From NCBI RefSeq assembly GCF_009914755.1, contig NC_060933.1: a stretch of DNA of 64,000 nucleotides; one strand, given 5' to 3'. The stretch's first letter is position 1; every line of letters begins with the position of its first letter. The stretch is from the human T2T-CHM13v2.0 reference genome, Homo sapiens. A model generated the notes under the pieces. The model ran no database searches and was not told the DNA's origin. It saw nothing but the letters and a program-made list of their open reading frames with translations. Shown piece after piece: positions 42,001-57,000 of this stretch. A program made the position numbers and the translations under genes.

Positions 42001-45000
42001 AATGGAAAGGAATGGAATGGAATGGAACGGATCGGAATGGAATGGAATGGAATGGAATGGAATGGAATCAACGCGAGTGCAGGGGAATGGAATGGAATGG
42101 AATGCAATGGAATGGAAACTTCCGGAATGGGGCGGAATGGAATGGAATAGAATGGAATGGAATGGAATGGAAAGGAATCAACCCGAGTACAGGGGAATGG
42201 AATGGAATGGAATGCTATGGAATCGAATCATCCGTAATGGAATGGAAAGGAATGGAATGGAATGGAAAAGAATGGAATGGAATGGAATGGAATGGAATGG
42301 AATCAACTCGATTGCAATCGAATGGAATGGAATGGAATTAACCCGAATAGAATGGAATGGAAGGGAATGGAACGGAAGGGAACGGAATGGAATGGAATGG
42401 AATGGAATGGAATGGAATGGAACGGAAAGGAATGGAATGGAATGGAATGGAATGGAATGGAATGGAATGGAATGGAATCAACGCGAGTGCAGGGGAATGG
42501 AATGGAATGGAATGCAATGGAAAGGAATCTTCCGGAATGGAATGGAATGGAATGGAATGGAATGGAATGGAATGGAATGGAATAAACCCGAGTGCAATGG
42601 AATGGAGTGGAATGGAATGGAATGGAATGGAACAACCCGAATGGAATGGAATGTAATGGAGAGTAAGGGATTTGAATAGAATCAATCCGAATGTAATGGA
42701 ATGGAATGGAACGGAATGGAATTGAATGGAATGGAATGGAATGCAATGGAATGGAATCAACCCGAGTGCAATGGAATGGAGAGGAATGGAATGGAATGGA
42801 ATGGAAACTACCCGAATGGAATGTAATGTAATGGAGTGTAAGGGAATTGAATAGAATCAATCCGAATGTAAAGGAATGGAATGGAACGGAATGGAATGGA
42901 ATGGAATGGAATGGAATGGAATGCAATGGAATGGAATCAACCCGAGTGCAATCGAATGGAATCGAATGCAATGGAATGGATTCAAGTTGAATGGAATGGA
43001 ATGAATGGAATCAACACGAGTGGAAGGGCATGGATTGGAATGCAATGGAATGGAATCAAACCGAGTACAGGGGAATGGAATGGAATGGAATGCAATGGAA
43101 TGGAATCATCCGTAATGGAATGGAAAGGAATGGAATGGAATGGAATGGAATGGAATGGAATGGAATGGAATCAACACGATTGGAATCGAATGGAATGGAA
43201 TGGAATTAACCCGAATAGAATGGAATGGAATGGAATGGATCGAAACGGAATGGAATGGAATGGAATGGAATGGAATGGAACGGAACGGAATGGAATGGAA
43301 TGGAATGGAATGGAATGGAAAGGAATGGAATCAACGCGAGTGCAGGGGAATGGAATGTAATGGAATGCAATGGAATGGAATCTTCCGGAATGGAATGGAA
43401 TGTAATGGAATCAACCCGAGTGCAATGGAATGGAGTGGAATGGAATGGAATGGAATGGAACAACCCGAATGGAATCGAATGTAATGGAGAGTAAGGGAAT
43501 TGAATAGAATCAATCCGAATGTAATGGAATGGAATGGAACGGAATGGAATGGAATGGAATGGAATGGAATGGAATGGAATGCAATGGAATGGAATCAACC
43601 CGAGTGCAATCGAATGGAATGGAATGCAATGGAATGCAATGGAATGGATTCAACTAGAATGGAATGGAAAGAATGGAATCAACAAGAGTGGAAGGGCATG
43701 GATTGGAATGGAATGGAATGGAATCAACCCGAGTACAGGGGAATGGAATGGAATGTAATGCAATGGAATGGAATCATCCGTAATGGAATGGAAAGGAATG
43801 GAATGCAATGGAATGGAATGGAATGGAAAAAATTGGTTGCAATCGAATGGAATTGAATGGAATTAACCCGAATAGAATGGAATGGAATGGAATGGAACTG
43901 AACTGAATGGAATGGAATGGAATGGAATGGAATGGAATGGAATGGAATGGAAAGGAAAGGAAGAGAATGGAATGGAATAGAGTGGAATAGAATGGAATCA
44001 ACGCGAGTGCAGGGGAATGGAATGGAATGGAATGGAATCGAATGGAATGGAATGGAATTAACCGGAATAGAATGGAATGGAATGGAATGGAACGGAATGG
44101 AATGGAATGGAATGGAATGGAATGGAATGGAATGGAATCAACCCGAGTGCAGGGGAATGGAATGGAATGGAATGCAATGGAATGGAATCATCCGGAATGG
44201 AATGGAATGGAATGGAATGCAATCAACCTGATGCAATGGAATGGAGTGGAATGGAATGGAATGCAATGGAAACATCCCGAATGGAATGGAATGGAATGGA
44301 GTGTAAGGGAATTGAATAGAATCAATCCGAATGTAATGGAATGCAATGGAATGAAATGGAATGGAATGGAATGGAATGGAATCAACCCGAGTGCAATGGA
44401 ATGGATTCGAATGGAATGGAATGGAATGGAATGGATTCAAAAAGAATGGAATGGAAAGGAATGGAATCAACCCGAGTGTAATGGCATGGAATGGAACGGA
44501 ATGGAATGGGATGGAATGGAATGGTATGGAATATAATGGAATGGAATGAAATGGAATGGAATGGAATGGAATGGAATGGAATGGAATGGAATGAACCCGT
44601 GTGCAATGGAATGGAATGGAATGAAATGGAATGGAATGGAATGGAATGGAATGGAATAGAATGGAATGCAATGGAATGGAATGCAATGGAATGGAATCAA
44701 CCCGAGTGAAATGGAATGGAGAGGAATGGAATGGAATGGAATGGAAACTACCCGAATGGAATGGAATGTAATGGAGTGTAAGGGAATTGAATAGAATCAA
44801 TCCGAATGTAATGGAATGGAATGGAACGGAATGGAATGGAATGGAATGGAATGGAATGGAATGGAATGGAATGCAATCAACCCGAGTGCAATCGAATGGA
44901 ATCGAAACGAATGCAATGCAATGGAATGGGTTCAACTTGAATGGAATGGAAAGAATGGAATCAACACGAGTGGAATGGCATGGATTGGAATGGAATGGAA

Positions 45001-48000
45001 TGGAATCAACCCGAGTACAGGGGAATGGAATGGAATGGAATGCAATGGAATGGAATCATCCGTAATGGAATGGAAAGGAATGGAATGGAATGGAATGGAA
45101 TGGAATGGAATGGAATGGAATTAACCCGAATAGAATGGAATGGAATGGAATGGAACGGAACGGAACGGAATGGAAGGGAATGGAATGGAATGGAATGGAA
45201 TGGAACGGAAAGGAATGGAATGAAATGGAATGGAGTGGAATGGAATGGAATGGAATCAACGCGAGTGCAGGGGAATGGAATGGAATGGAATGCAATGGAA
45301 TGGAATCTTCCGGAATGGAATGGAATGGAATGGAATGGAATGGAATGGAATGGAATAAACCCGAGTGCAATGGAATGGAGTGGAATGGAATGGAATGGAA
45401 TGGAATGGAACAACCCGAATGGAATGGAATGTAATGGAGAGTAAGGGAGTTGAATAGAATCAATCCGAATGTAATGGAATGGAATGGAACGGAATGGAAT
45501 TGAATGGAATGGGATGGAATGCAATGGAATGGAATCAACCCGAGTGCAATGGAATGGAGAGGAATGGAATGGAATGGAATGGAAACTACCCGAATGGAAT
45601 GGAATGTAATGGAGTGTAAGGGAATTGAATAGAATCAATCCGAATGTAATGGAATGGAATGGAACGGAATGGAATGGAATGGAATGGAATGGAATGGAAT
45701 GCAATGGAATGGAATCAACCCGAGTGCAATCGAATGGAATCGAATGCAATGGAATGGATTCAACTTGAATGGAATGGAATGAATGGAATCAACACGAGTG
45801 GAAGGGCATGGATTGGAATGCAATGGAATGGAATCAACCCGAGTACAGGGGAATGGAATGGAATGGAATGCAATGGAATGGAATCATCCGTAATGGAATG
45901 GAAAGGAATGGAATGGAATGGAATGGAATGGAATGGAATGGAATGGAATGGAATCAACACGATTGGAATCGAATGGAATGGAATGGAATTAACCCGAATA
46001 GAATGGAATGGAATGGAATGGATCGAAACGGAATGGAATGGAATGGAATGGAATGGAATGGAATGGAACGGAACGGAATGGAATGGAATGGAATGGAATG
46101 GAATGGAAAGGAATGGAATCAACGCGAGTGCAGGGGAATGGAATGTAATGGAATGCAATGGAATGGAATCTTCCGGAATGGAATGGAATGTAATGGAATC
46201 AACCCGAGTGCAATGGAATGGAGTGGAATGGAATGGAATGGAATGGAACAACCCGAATGGAATCGAATGTAATGGAGAGTAAGGGAATTGAATAGAATCA
46301 ATCCGAATGTAATGGAATGGAATGGAACGGAATGGAATGGAATGGAATGGAATGGAATGGAATGGAATGGAATGCAATGGAATGGAATCAACCCGAGTGC
46401 AATCGAATGGAATGGAATGCAATGGAATGCAATGGAATGGATTCAACTAGAATGGAATGGAAAGAATGGAATCAACAAGAGTGGAAGGGCATGGATTGGA
46501 ATGGAAGGGAATGGAATCAACCCGAGTACAGGGGAATGGAATGGAATGTAATGCAATGGAATGGAATCATCCGTAATGGAATGGAAAGGAATGGAATGCA
46601 ATGGAATGGAATGGAATGGAAAAAATTGGTTGCAATCGAATGGAATTGAATGGAATTAACCCGAATAGAATGGAATGGAATGGAATGGAACGGAACTGAA
46701 TGGAATGGAATGGAATGGAATGGAATGGAATGGAATGGAATGGAAAGGAAAGGAAGAGAATGGAATGGAATAGAGTGGAATAGAATGGAATCAACGCGAG
46801 TGCAGGGGAATGGAATGGAATGGAATGGAATCGAATGGAATGGAATGGAATTAACCGGAATAGAATGGAATGGAATGGAATCTAATGGAATGGAATGGAA
46901 TTAACCGGAATAGAATGGAATGGAATGGAATGGAACGGAATGGAATGGAATGGAATGGAATGGAATGGAATGGAATGGAATCAACCCGAGTGCAGGGGAA
47001 TGGAATGGAATGGAATGCAATGGAATGGAATCATCCGGAATGGAATGGAATGGAATGGAATGCAATCAACCTGATGCAATGGAATGGAGTGGAATGGAAT
47101 GGAATGCAATGGAAACATCCCGAATGGAATGGAATGGAATGGAGTGTAAGGGAATTGAATAGAATCAATCCGAATGTAATGGAATGCAATGGAATGAAAT
47201 GGAATGGAATGGAATGGAATGGAATCAACCCGAGTGCAATGGAATGGATTCGAATGGAATGGAATGGAATGGAATGGATTCAAAAAGAATGGAATGGAAA
47301 GGAATGGAATCAACCCGAGTGTAATGGCATGGAATGGAACGGAATGGAATGGGATGGAATGGAATGGTATGGAATATAATGGAATGGAATGAAATGGAAT
47401 GGAATGGAATGGAATGGAATGGAATGGAATGGAATGAACCCGTGTGCAATGGAATGGAATGGAATGAAATGGAATGGAATGGAATGGAATGGAATGGAAT
47501 AGAATGGAATGCAATGGAATGGAATGCAATGGAATGGAATCAACCCGAGTGAAATGGAATGGAGAGGAATGGAATGGAATGGAATGGAAACTACCCGAAT
47601 GGAATGGAATGTAATGGAGTGTAAGGGAATTGAATAGAATCAATCCGAATGTAATGGAATGGAATGGAACGGAATGGAATGGAATGGAATGGAATGGAAT
47701 GGAATGGAATGGAATGCAATCAACCCGAGTGCAATCGAATGGAATCGAAACGAATGCAATGCAATGGAATGGGTTCAACTTGAATGGAATGGAAAGAATG
47801 GAATCAACACGAGTGGAATGGCATGGATTGGAATGGAATGGAATGGAATCAACCCGAGTACAGGGGAATGGAATGGAATGGAATGCAATGGAATGGAATC
47901 ATCCGTAATGGAATGGAAAGGAATGGAATGGAATGGAATGGAATGGAATGGAATGGAATGGAATTAACCCGAATAGAATGGAATGGAATGGAATGGAACG

Positions 48001-51000
48001 GAACGGAACGGAATGGAAGGGAATGGAATGGAATGGAATGGAATGGAACGGAAAGGAATGGAATGAAATGGAATGGAGTGGAATGGAATGGAATGGAATC
48101 AACGCGAGTGCAGGGGAATGGAATGGAATGGAATGCAATGGAATGGAATCTTCCGGAATGGAATGGAATGGAATGGAATGGAATGGAATGGAATGGAATA
48201 AACCCGAGTGCAATGGAATGGAGTGGAATGGAATGGAATGGAATGGAACAACCCGAATGGAATGGAATGTAATGGAGAGTAAGGGAGTTGAATAGAATCA
48301 ATCCGAATGTAATGGAATGGAATGGAACGGAATGGAATTGAATGGAATGGGATGGAATGCAATGGAATGGAATCAACCCGAGTGCAATGGAATGGAGAGG
48401 AATGGAATGGAATGGAATGGAAACTACCCGAATGGAATGGAATGTAATGGAGTGTAAGGGAATTGAATAGAATCAATCCGAATGTAATGGAATGGAATGG
48501 AACGGAATGGAATGGAATGGAATGGAATGGAATGCAATGGAATGGAATCAACCCGAGTGCAATCGAATGGAATCGAATGCAATGGAATGGATTCAACTTG
48601 AATGGAATGGAATGAATGGAATCAACACGAGTGGAAGGGCATGGATTGGAATGCAATGGAATGGAATCAACCCGAGTACAGGGGAATGGAATGGAATGGA
48701 ATGCAATGGAATGGAATCATCCGTAATGGAATGGAAAGGAATGGAATGGAATGGAATGGAATGGAATGGAATGGAATGGAATGGAATGGAATCAACACGA
48801 TTGGAATCGAATGGAATGGAATGGAATTAACCCGAATAGAATGGAATGGAATGGAATGGATCGAAACGGAATGGAATGGAATGGAATGGAATGGAATGGA
48901 ACGGAACGGAATGGAATGGAATGGAATGGAATGGAATGGAAAGGAATGGAATCAACGCGAGTGCAGGGTAATGGAATGTAATGGAATGCAATGGAATGGA
49001 ATCTTCCGGAATGGAATGGAATGTAATGGAATCAACCCGAGTGCAATGGAATGGAGTGGAATGGAATGGAATGGAATGGAACAACCCGAATGGAATCGAA
49101 TGTAATGGAGAGTAAGGGAATTGAATAGAATCAATCCGAATGTAATGGAATGGAATGGAACGGAATGGAATGGAATGGAATGGAATGGAATGGAATGGAA
49201 TGCAATGGAATGGAATCAACCCGAGTGCAATCGAATGGAATGGAATGCAATGGAATGCAATGGAATGGATTCAACTAGAATGGAATGGAAAGAATGGAAT
49301 CAACAAGAGTGGAAGGGCATGGATTGGAATGGAATGGAATGGAATCAACCCGAGTACAGGGGAATGGAATGGAATGGAATGCAATGGAATGGAATCATCC
49401 GTAATGGAATGGAAAGGAATGGAATGGAATGGAATGGAATGGAATGGAAAAAATTGGTTGCAATCGAATGGAATTGAATGGAATTAACCCGAATAGAATG
49501 GAATGGAATGGAATGGAACGGAACTGAATGGAATGGAATGGAATGGAATGGAATGGAATGGAATGGAAAGGAAAGGAAGGGAATGGAATGGAATAGAGTG
49601 GAATAGAATGGAATCAACGCGAGTGCAGGGGAATGGAATGGAATGGAATGGAATCGAATGGAATGGAATGGAATTAACCGGAATAGAATGGAATGGAATG
49701 GAATGGAACGGAATGGAATGGAATGGAATGGAATGGAATGGAATGGAATCAACCCGAGTGTAGGGGAATGGAATGGAATGGAATGCAATGGAATGGAATC
49801 ATCCGGAATGGAATGGAATGGAATGGAATGCAATCAACCTGATGCAATGGAATGGAGTGGAATGGAATGGAATGCAATGGAAACATCCCGAATGGAATGG
49901 AATGGAATGGAGTGTAAGGGAATTGAATAGAATCAATCCGAATGTAATGGAATGGAATGGAATGAAATGGAATGGAATGGAATGGAATGGAATCAACCCG
50001 AGTGCAATGGAATGGATTCGAATGGAATGGAATGGAATGGATTCAAAAAGAATGGAATGGAAAGGAATGGAATCAACCCGAGTGTAATGGCATGGAATGG
50101 AACGGAATGGAATGGGATGGAATGGAATGGTATGGAATATAATGGAATGGAATGAAATGGAATGGAATGGAATGGAATGGAATGGAATGGAATGAACCCG
50201 TGTGCAATGGAATGGAATGGAATGAAATGGAATGGAATGGAATGGAATGGAATGGAATGGAATGGAATGGAATGGAATGGAATGGAATGGAATGCAATGG
50301 AATGGAATGCAATGGAATGGAATGGAATGGAATGGAATGGAATGGAATGGAATGGAATGGAATGGAATGCAATGGAATGGAATGCAATGGAATGGAATCA
50401 ACCCGAGTGAAATGGAATGGAGAGGAATGGAATGGAATGGAATGGAAACTACCCGAATGGAATGGAATGTAATGGAGTGTAAGGGAATTGAATAGAATCA
50501 ATCCGAATGTAATGGAATGGAATGGAACGGAATGGAATGGAATGGAATGGAATGGAATGGAATGGAATGGAATGCAATCAACCCGAGTGCAATCGAATGG
50601 AATCGAAACGAATGCAATGCAATGGAATGGGTTCAACTTGAATGGAATGGAAAGAATGGAATCAACACGAGTGGAATGGCATGGATTGGAATAGAATGGA
50701 ATGGAATCAACCCGAGTACAGGGGAATGGAATGGAATGGAATGCAATGGAATGGAATCATCCGTAATGGAATGGAAAGGAATGGAATGGAATGGAATGGA
50801 ATGGAATGGAATGGAATGGAATTAACCCGAATAGAATGGAATGGAATGGAATGGAACGGAACGGAAAGGAATGGAAGGGAATGGAATGGAATGGAATGGA
50901 ATGGAACGGAAAGGAATGGAATGAAATGGAATGGAGTGGAATGGAATGGAATGGAATCAACGCGAGTGCAGGGGAATGGAATGGAATGGAATGCAATGGA

Positions 51001-54000
51001 ATGGAATCTTCCGGAATGGAATGGAATGGAATGGAATGGAATGGAATGGAATAAACCCGAGTGCAATGGAATGGAGTGGAATGGAATGGAATGGAATGGA
51101 ACAACCCGAATGGAATGGAATGTAATGGAGAGTAAGGGAGTTGAATAGAATCAATCCGAATGTAATGGAATGGAATGGAACGGAATGGAATTGAATGGAA
51201 TGGGATGGAATGCAATGGAATGGAATCAACCCGAGTGCAATGGAATGGAGAGGAATGGAATGGAATGGAATGGAAACTACCCGAATGGAATGGAATGTAA
51301 TGGAGTGTAAGGGAATTGAATAGAATCAATCCGAATGTAATGGAATGGAATGGAACGGAATGGAATGGAATGGAATGGAATGGAATGCAATGGAATGGAA
51401 TCAACCCGAGTGCAATCGAATGGAATCGAATGGAATGGAATGCAATGGAATGGATTCAACTTGAATGGAATGGAAAGAATGGAAACAACACGAGTGGAAT
51501 GGCATGGATTGGAATGGAATGGAATGGAATCAACCCGAGTACAGGGGAATGGAATGGAATGGAATGCAATGGAATGGAATCATCCGTAATGGAATGGAAA
51601 GGAATGGAATGGAATGGAATCAACTCGATTGCAATCGAATGGAATGGAATGGAATTAACCCGAATAGAATGGAATGGAATGGAATGGAACGGAATGGAAC
51701 CGAATGGAATGGAATGGAATGGTATGGAATGGAATGGAATGGTACGGAATAGAATGGAATGGAACGAATTGTAATGGAATGGAATTGAATGGAATGGAAT
51801 GGAATCAACGCAAGTGCAGGGGAATGTAATGGAACGGAATGGAATGGAATGGAATCATCCGGAATGGAATGGAATGGAATGGAATGCAATGGAATGGAAT
51901 CAACCCGAGTGCAATGGAATGGAGTGGAATGGAATGGAATGGAATGCAAAAACCAGAATGGAATGGAATGTAATGGAGAGTAAGGGAGTTGAATAGAATC
52001 CATCCGAATGTAATGGAATGGAATGCAAAGGAATGGAATGGAATGGAATGGAATGGAATGGAATGCAATGGAAAGGCATCAACCCGAGTACAATGGAATG
52101 GAATGGAATGGAATGGAATGGAATGGAATGGAATGCCTTCAAACCGAATGGAATGGAAAGGAAAGGAATCAACACGAGTGGAATGGAATGGAATGGAATG
52201 GAATGGAATGGAATGGAATGATACGGAATAGAATGGAATGGAACGAAATGGAATGGAATGGAATGGAATGGAATGGAATGGAACGGAATGGAATGGAATG
52301 GAATGGAATCGTTCCGAGTGGAATAGGAGGGAATGTATTCGAGTGGAATGGAAAGGAATGGAATCAACCAGAGTGGAATGGAAGGGAATGGAATGGAATG
52401 GTAACTAATAGAATGGAATCAACCCGAGTGGAATGGAATGGAAAGGACTGGAATGGAATGGAATGGAATGGAATGGAATGGAATGGAATCAACTCGATTG
52501 TAATGGAATGGAATGGAATGGAATGGAATGGAATGGAATGGAATTAACCCGAATACAATGGAATGGAATGGAATGGAACGTAATGGAGTGAAATGGAATG
52601 GAATCAACCCGAGTGGAGGGGAATTGAATGGAATGGAATGCAATGGAATCAACTCGATTGCAATGGAATGTAATGGAATGGAAAGGAATACATTGGAATC
52701 AACCCGAGTGGAATGGAATGGAAAGGACTGGAATGGAGTGGAATGGAATGGAATGGAATGGAATCAACTCGATTGGAATGGAATGGAATGGAATGGAATG
52801 GAATTAACCCGAATAGAATGGAATGGAATGGAATGGAAGGGAACGGAATGGAATGGAATGGAATGGAATGGAATGGAATGGAATGGAATGAATTCAACCC
52901 GACTGCAGGGGAATGGAATGGAATGGAATGCAATGGAATGCATTCAACTTGAATGGAGTGGAAAGAATGGAATCAACACGAGTAGAATGGCATGGATTGG
53001 AATGGAATGGAATGGAATCAACCCGAGTACAGGGGAATGGAATGGAATGGAATGCAATGGAATGGAATCATCCGTAATGGAATGGAAAGGAATGGAATGG
53101 AATGGAATTAACCCGAATAGAATGGAATGGAACGGAATGGAACGGAATGGAACGGAATGGAATGGAATGGAATGGAATGGAATGGAATGGTATGGAATGG
53201 AATGGAATGGTACGGAATAGAATGGAATGGAACGAATTGTAATGGAATGGAATTTAATGGAATGGAATGGAATGGAATCAACGCGAGTGCAGGGGAATGT
53301 AATGCAACGGAATGCAATGGAATGGAATCATCCGGAATGGAATGGAATGGAATGGAATGGAATGGAATGGAATCAACCCGAGTGCAATGGAATGGAGTGG
53401 AATGGAATGGAATGGAATGGAACAACCCGAATGGAATGGAATGTAATGGAGAGTAAGGGAGTTGAATAGAATCAATCCGAATGTAATGGAATGGAATGCA
53501 ACGGAATGGAATGGAATGGAATGGAATGGAATGCAATGGAATGGAATCAACCCGAGTACAATGGAATGGAATGGAATGGAATGGAATGGAATGGAATGGA
53601 ATGGAATGGAATGAAATGGAATGATACGGAATAGAATGGAATGGAACGAAATGGAAAGGAATGGAATGGAATGGAATGGAATGGAATGGAATCGTTCCGA
53701 GTGGAATAGGAGGGAATGTATTCGAGTGGAATGGAAAGGAATGGAATCAACCAGAGTGGAATGGAAGGGAATGGAATGGAATGGAAACTAATAGAATGGA
53801 ATCAACCCGAGTGGAATGGAATGGAAAGGACTGGAATGGAATGGAATGGAATGGAATCAACTCGATTGTAATGGAATGGAATGGAATGGAATGGAAAGGA
53901 ATGGAATGGAGTGGAATGGAATGGAATCAACCCGAGTGCAGGGGAATGGAATGGAATGGAATGCAATGGAATGGAATCATCCGGAATGGAATGGAATGGA

Positions 54001-57000
54001 ATGCAATGCAAAGCAATGGAATCTACTCGATTGCAATGGAATGGAATGGATTGGAAAGGAATACATTGGAATCAACCCGACTGGAATGGAATGGAAAGGA
54101 CTGGAATGGAGTGGAATGGAATGGAATGGAATGGAATGGAATCAACTCGATTGGAATGGAATGGAATGGAATGGAATGGAATTAACCCGAATAGAATGGA
54201 ATGGAATGGAATGGAACGGAACGGAATGTAATGTAATGGAATGGAATGGAATGGAATGGAATCAACTCGACTGCAGGGGAATGGAATGGAATGGAATGCA
54301 ATGGAATGGATTCAACTTGAATGGAATGGAAAGAATGGAATCAACACGAGTGGAATGGCATGGATTGGAATGGAATGGAATGGAATGAACCCGAGTACAG
54401 GGTAATGGAACGGAATGGAATGCAATGGAATGGAATCATCCGTAATGGAATGGAAAGGAATGGAATGGAATGGAATGGAATGGAATGGAATGGAATGGAA
54501 TGGAATCAACTCGATTGCAATCGAATGGAATGGAATTGAATTAACCCGAATAGAATGGAATGGAATGGAATGGAACGGAACGGAACGGAATGGAATGGAT
54601 TGGAATGGAATGGAATGGAATGGAATGGAATGGAACGGAAAGGAATGGAATGGAATGGAATGGAATGGAATGGAATGGAATGGAATGGAATGGAATAAAC
54701 CCGAGTGCAATGGAATGGAGTGGAATGGAATGGAATGGAATGGAACAACCCGAATGGAATGGAATGGAATGGAGAGTAAGGGAGTTGAATAGAATCAATC
54801 CGAATGTAATGGAATGGAATGGAACGGAATGGAATTGAATGGAATGGGATGGAATGCAATGGAATGGAATCAACCCGAGTGCAATGGAATGGAGAGGAAT
54901 GGAATGGAATGGAATGTAAACTACCCGAATGGAATGGAATGTAATGGAGTGTAAGGGAATTGAATAGAATCAATCCGAATGTAATGGAATGGAATGGAAC
55001 GGGATGGAATGGAATGGAATGGAATGGAATGGAATGGAATGGAATGGAATGCAATGGAATGGAATCAACCCGAGTGGAATGGCATGGAATGGAATGGAAT
55101 GGAATGCAATGGAATGGAATCAACTCGAGTGGAAAGGAATGGAATGGAATGGAAAGGAATGGAATGAAATCAACTCGAGTGGAATGGAATGTGATGGAAT
55201 GGATTGGAATGGATTGCAATGGAATGAAATGGAATGGAATGGAATGGAATCAATCATTCCGAGTGGAATGGAAGGGAATGTAATGGAGTGGAAAGAAGGG
55301 AATGGAATCAACCCGATTGGAATGCAAGGCAATGGAATGGAATGGAAAGGAATGGAATGGAATCAACTCGATTGCAATGAAATGGAATGGAATGGAATGG
55401 AAAGGAATGGAATTAACCGGAATAGAATGGAATGCAATGGAATGGAACGGAATGGAATGGAATGGAAGGGAATGGAATCAACACGAGTGCAGGGGAATGG
55501 AATGGTAAGGAATGCAATTGAATGGAATCATCCGGAATGGAATGGAATGGAATGGAATCAACTCCATTGCAATGGAATGGAATGGAATGGAATGGAATAG
55601 AATGGAATGGAATTAACCCGAATAGAATGGAATGCAATAGAATGGAATGGAACGGAACAGAATGGAGTGGAATGGAATGGAATGGAATCAACCTGAGTGC
55701 AGGGGAATGGAATGGAATGGAATGCAATGGAATGCAATCTTCCGGAATGGAATGGAATGGAATGAAATGCAATGGATTCAACTCGATTGCAATGGAATGG
55801 AATGGAATAGAATGGAATGGAATGGAATGGAATGGAATGGAATGGAATCGTTCCGAGTGGAATAGGAGGGAATGTATTCGAGTGGAATGGAAAGGAATGG
55901 AATCAACCAGAGTGGAATGGAAGGGAATGGAATGGAATGGAAACTAATAGAATGGAATCAACCCGAGTGGAATGGAATGGAAAGGACTGGAATGGAATGG
56001 AATGGAATGGAATGGAATGGAATGGAATCAACTCGATTGTAATGGAATGGAATGGAATGGAATGGAATGGAATGGAATGGAATGCAATGGAATTAATCCG
56101 AATACAATGGAATGGAATGGAATGGAACTGAATGGAGTGGAATGGAATGGAATCAACCCGAGTGCATGGTAATGGAATGCAATGGAATGCAATGGAAAGG
56201 AATCATCCAGAATGGAATGGAATGGAATGGAATGCAAAGAAATGGAATCAACTCGATTGCAATGGAATGGAATGGAATGGAAAGGAATAGAATGGAATCA
56301 ACCCGAGTGGAATGGAATGGAAAGGACTGGAATTGAGTGGAATGGAATGGAATGGAATGGAATGGAATCAACTCGATTGGAATGGAATGGAATGGAATGG
56401 AATGGAATGGAATGGAATTAACCCGAATAGAATGGAATGGAATGGAATGGAACGGAATGGAATGGAATGGAATGGAATGGAATGGAATGGAATGGAATGG
56501 AATCAACCCGACTGCAGGGGAATGGAATGGAATGGAATGCAATGGAATGGAATCATCCGGAACGGAATGGAATGGAATGGAATGGAATCAACTCGATTGC
56601 AATGGAATGGAATGGAATGGAATGGAATCGAATGGAATGGAATGGAATGGAATCAACTCGATTGCAATCGAATGGAATGGAATGGAATTAACCCGAATAG
56701 AATGGAATGGAATGGAATGGAAAGGAGCGGAATGGAATGGAATGGAATGGAATGGAATGGAATGGAACGGAACGGAATGGAATGGAATGGAATGGAATGG
56801 AATGGAATGGAATCAACGCGAGTGCAGGGGAATGGAATGGAATGGAATGGAATGGAATGAAATGCAATGGATTCAACTCGATTGCAATGGAATGGAATAG
56901 AATGGAATGGAATGGAATGGAATGGAATGGAATTAACCCGAATAGAATGGAATGGAATGGAATGGAATGGTATGGAATTTAATGGAATGGAATCAACTCG

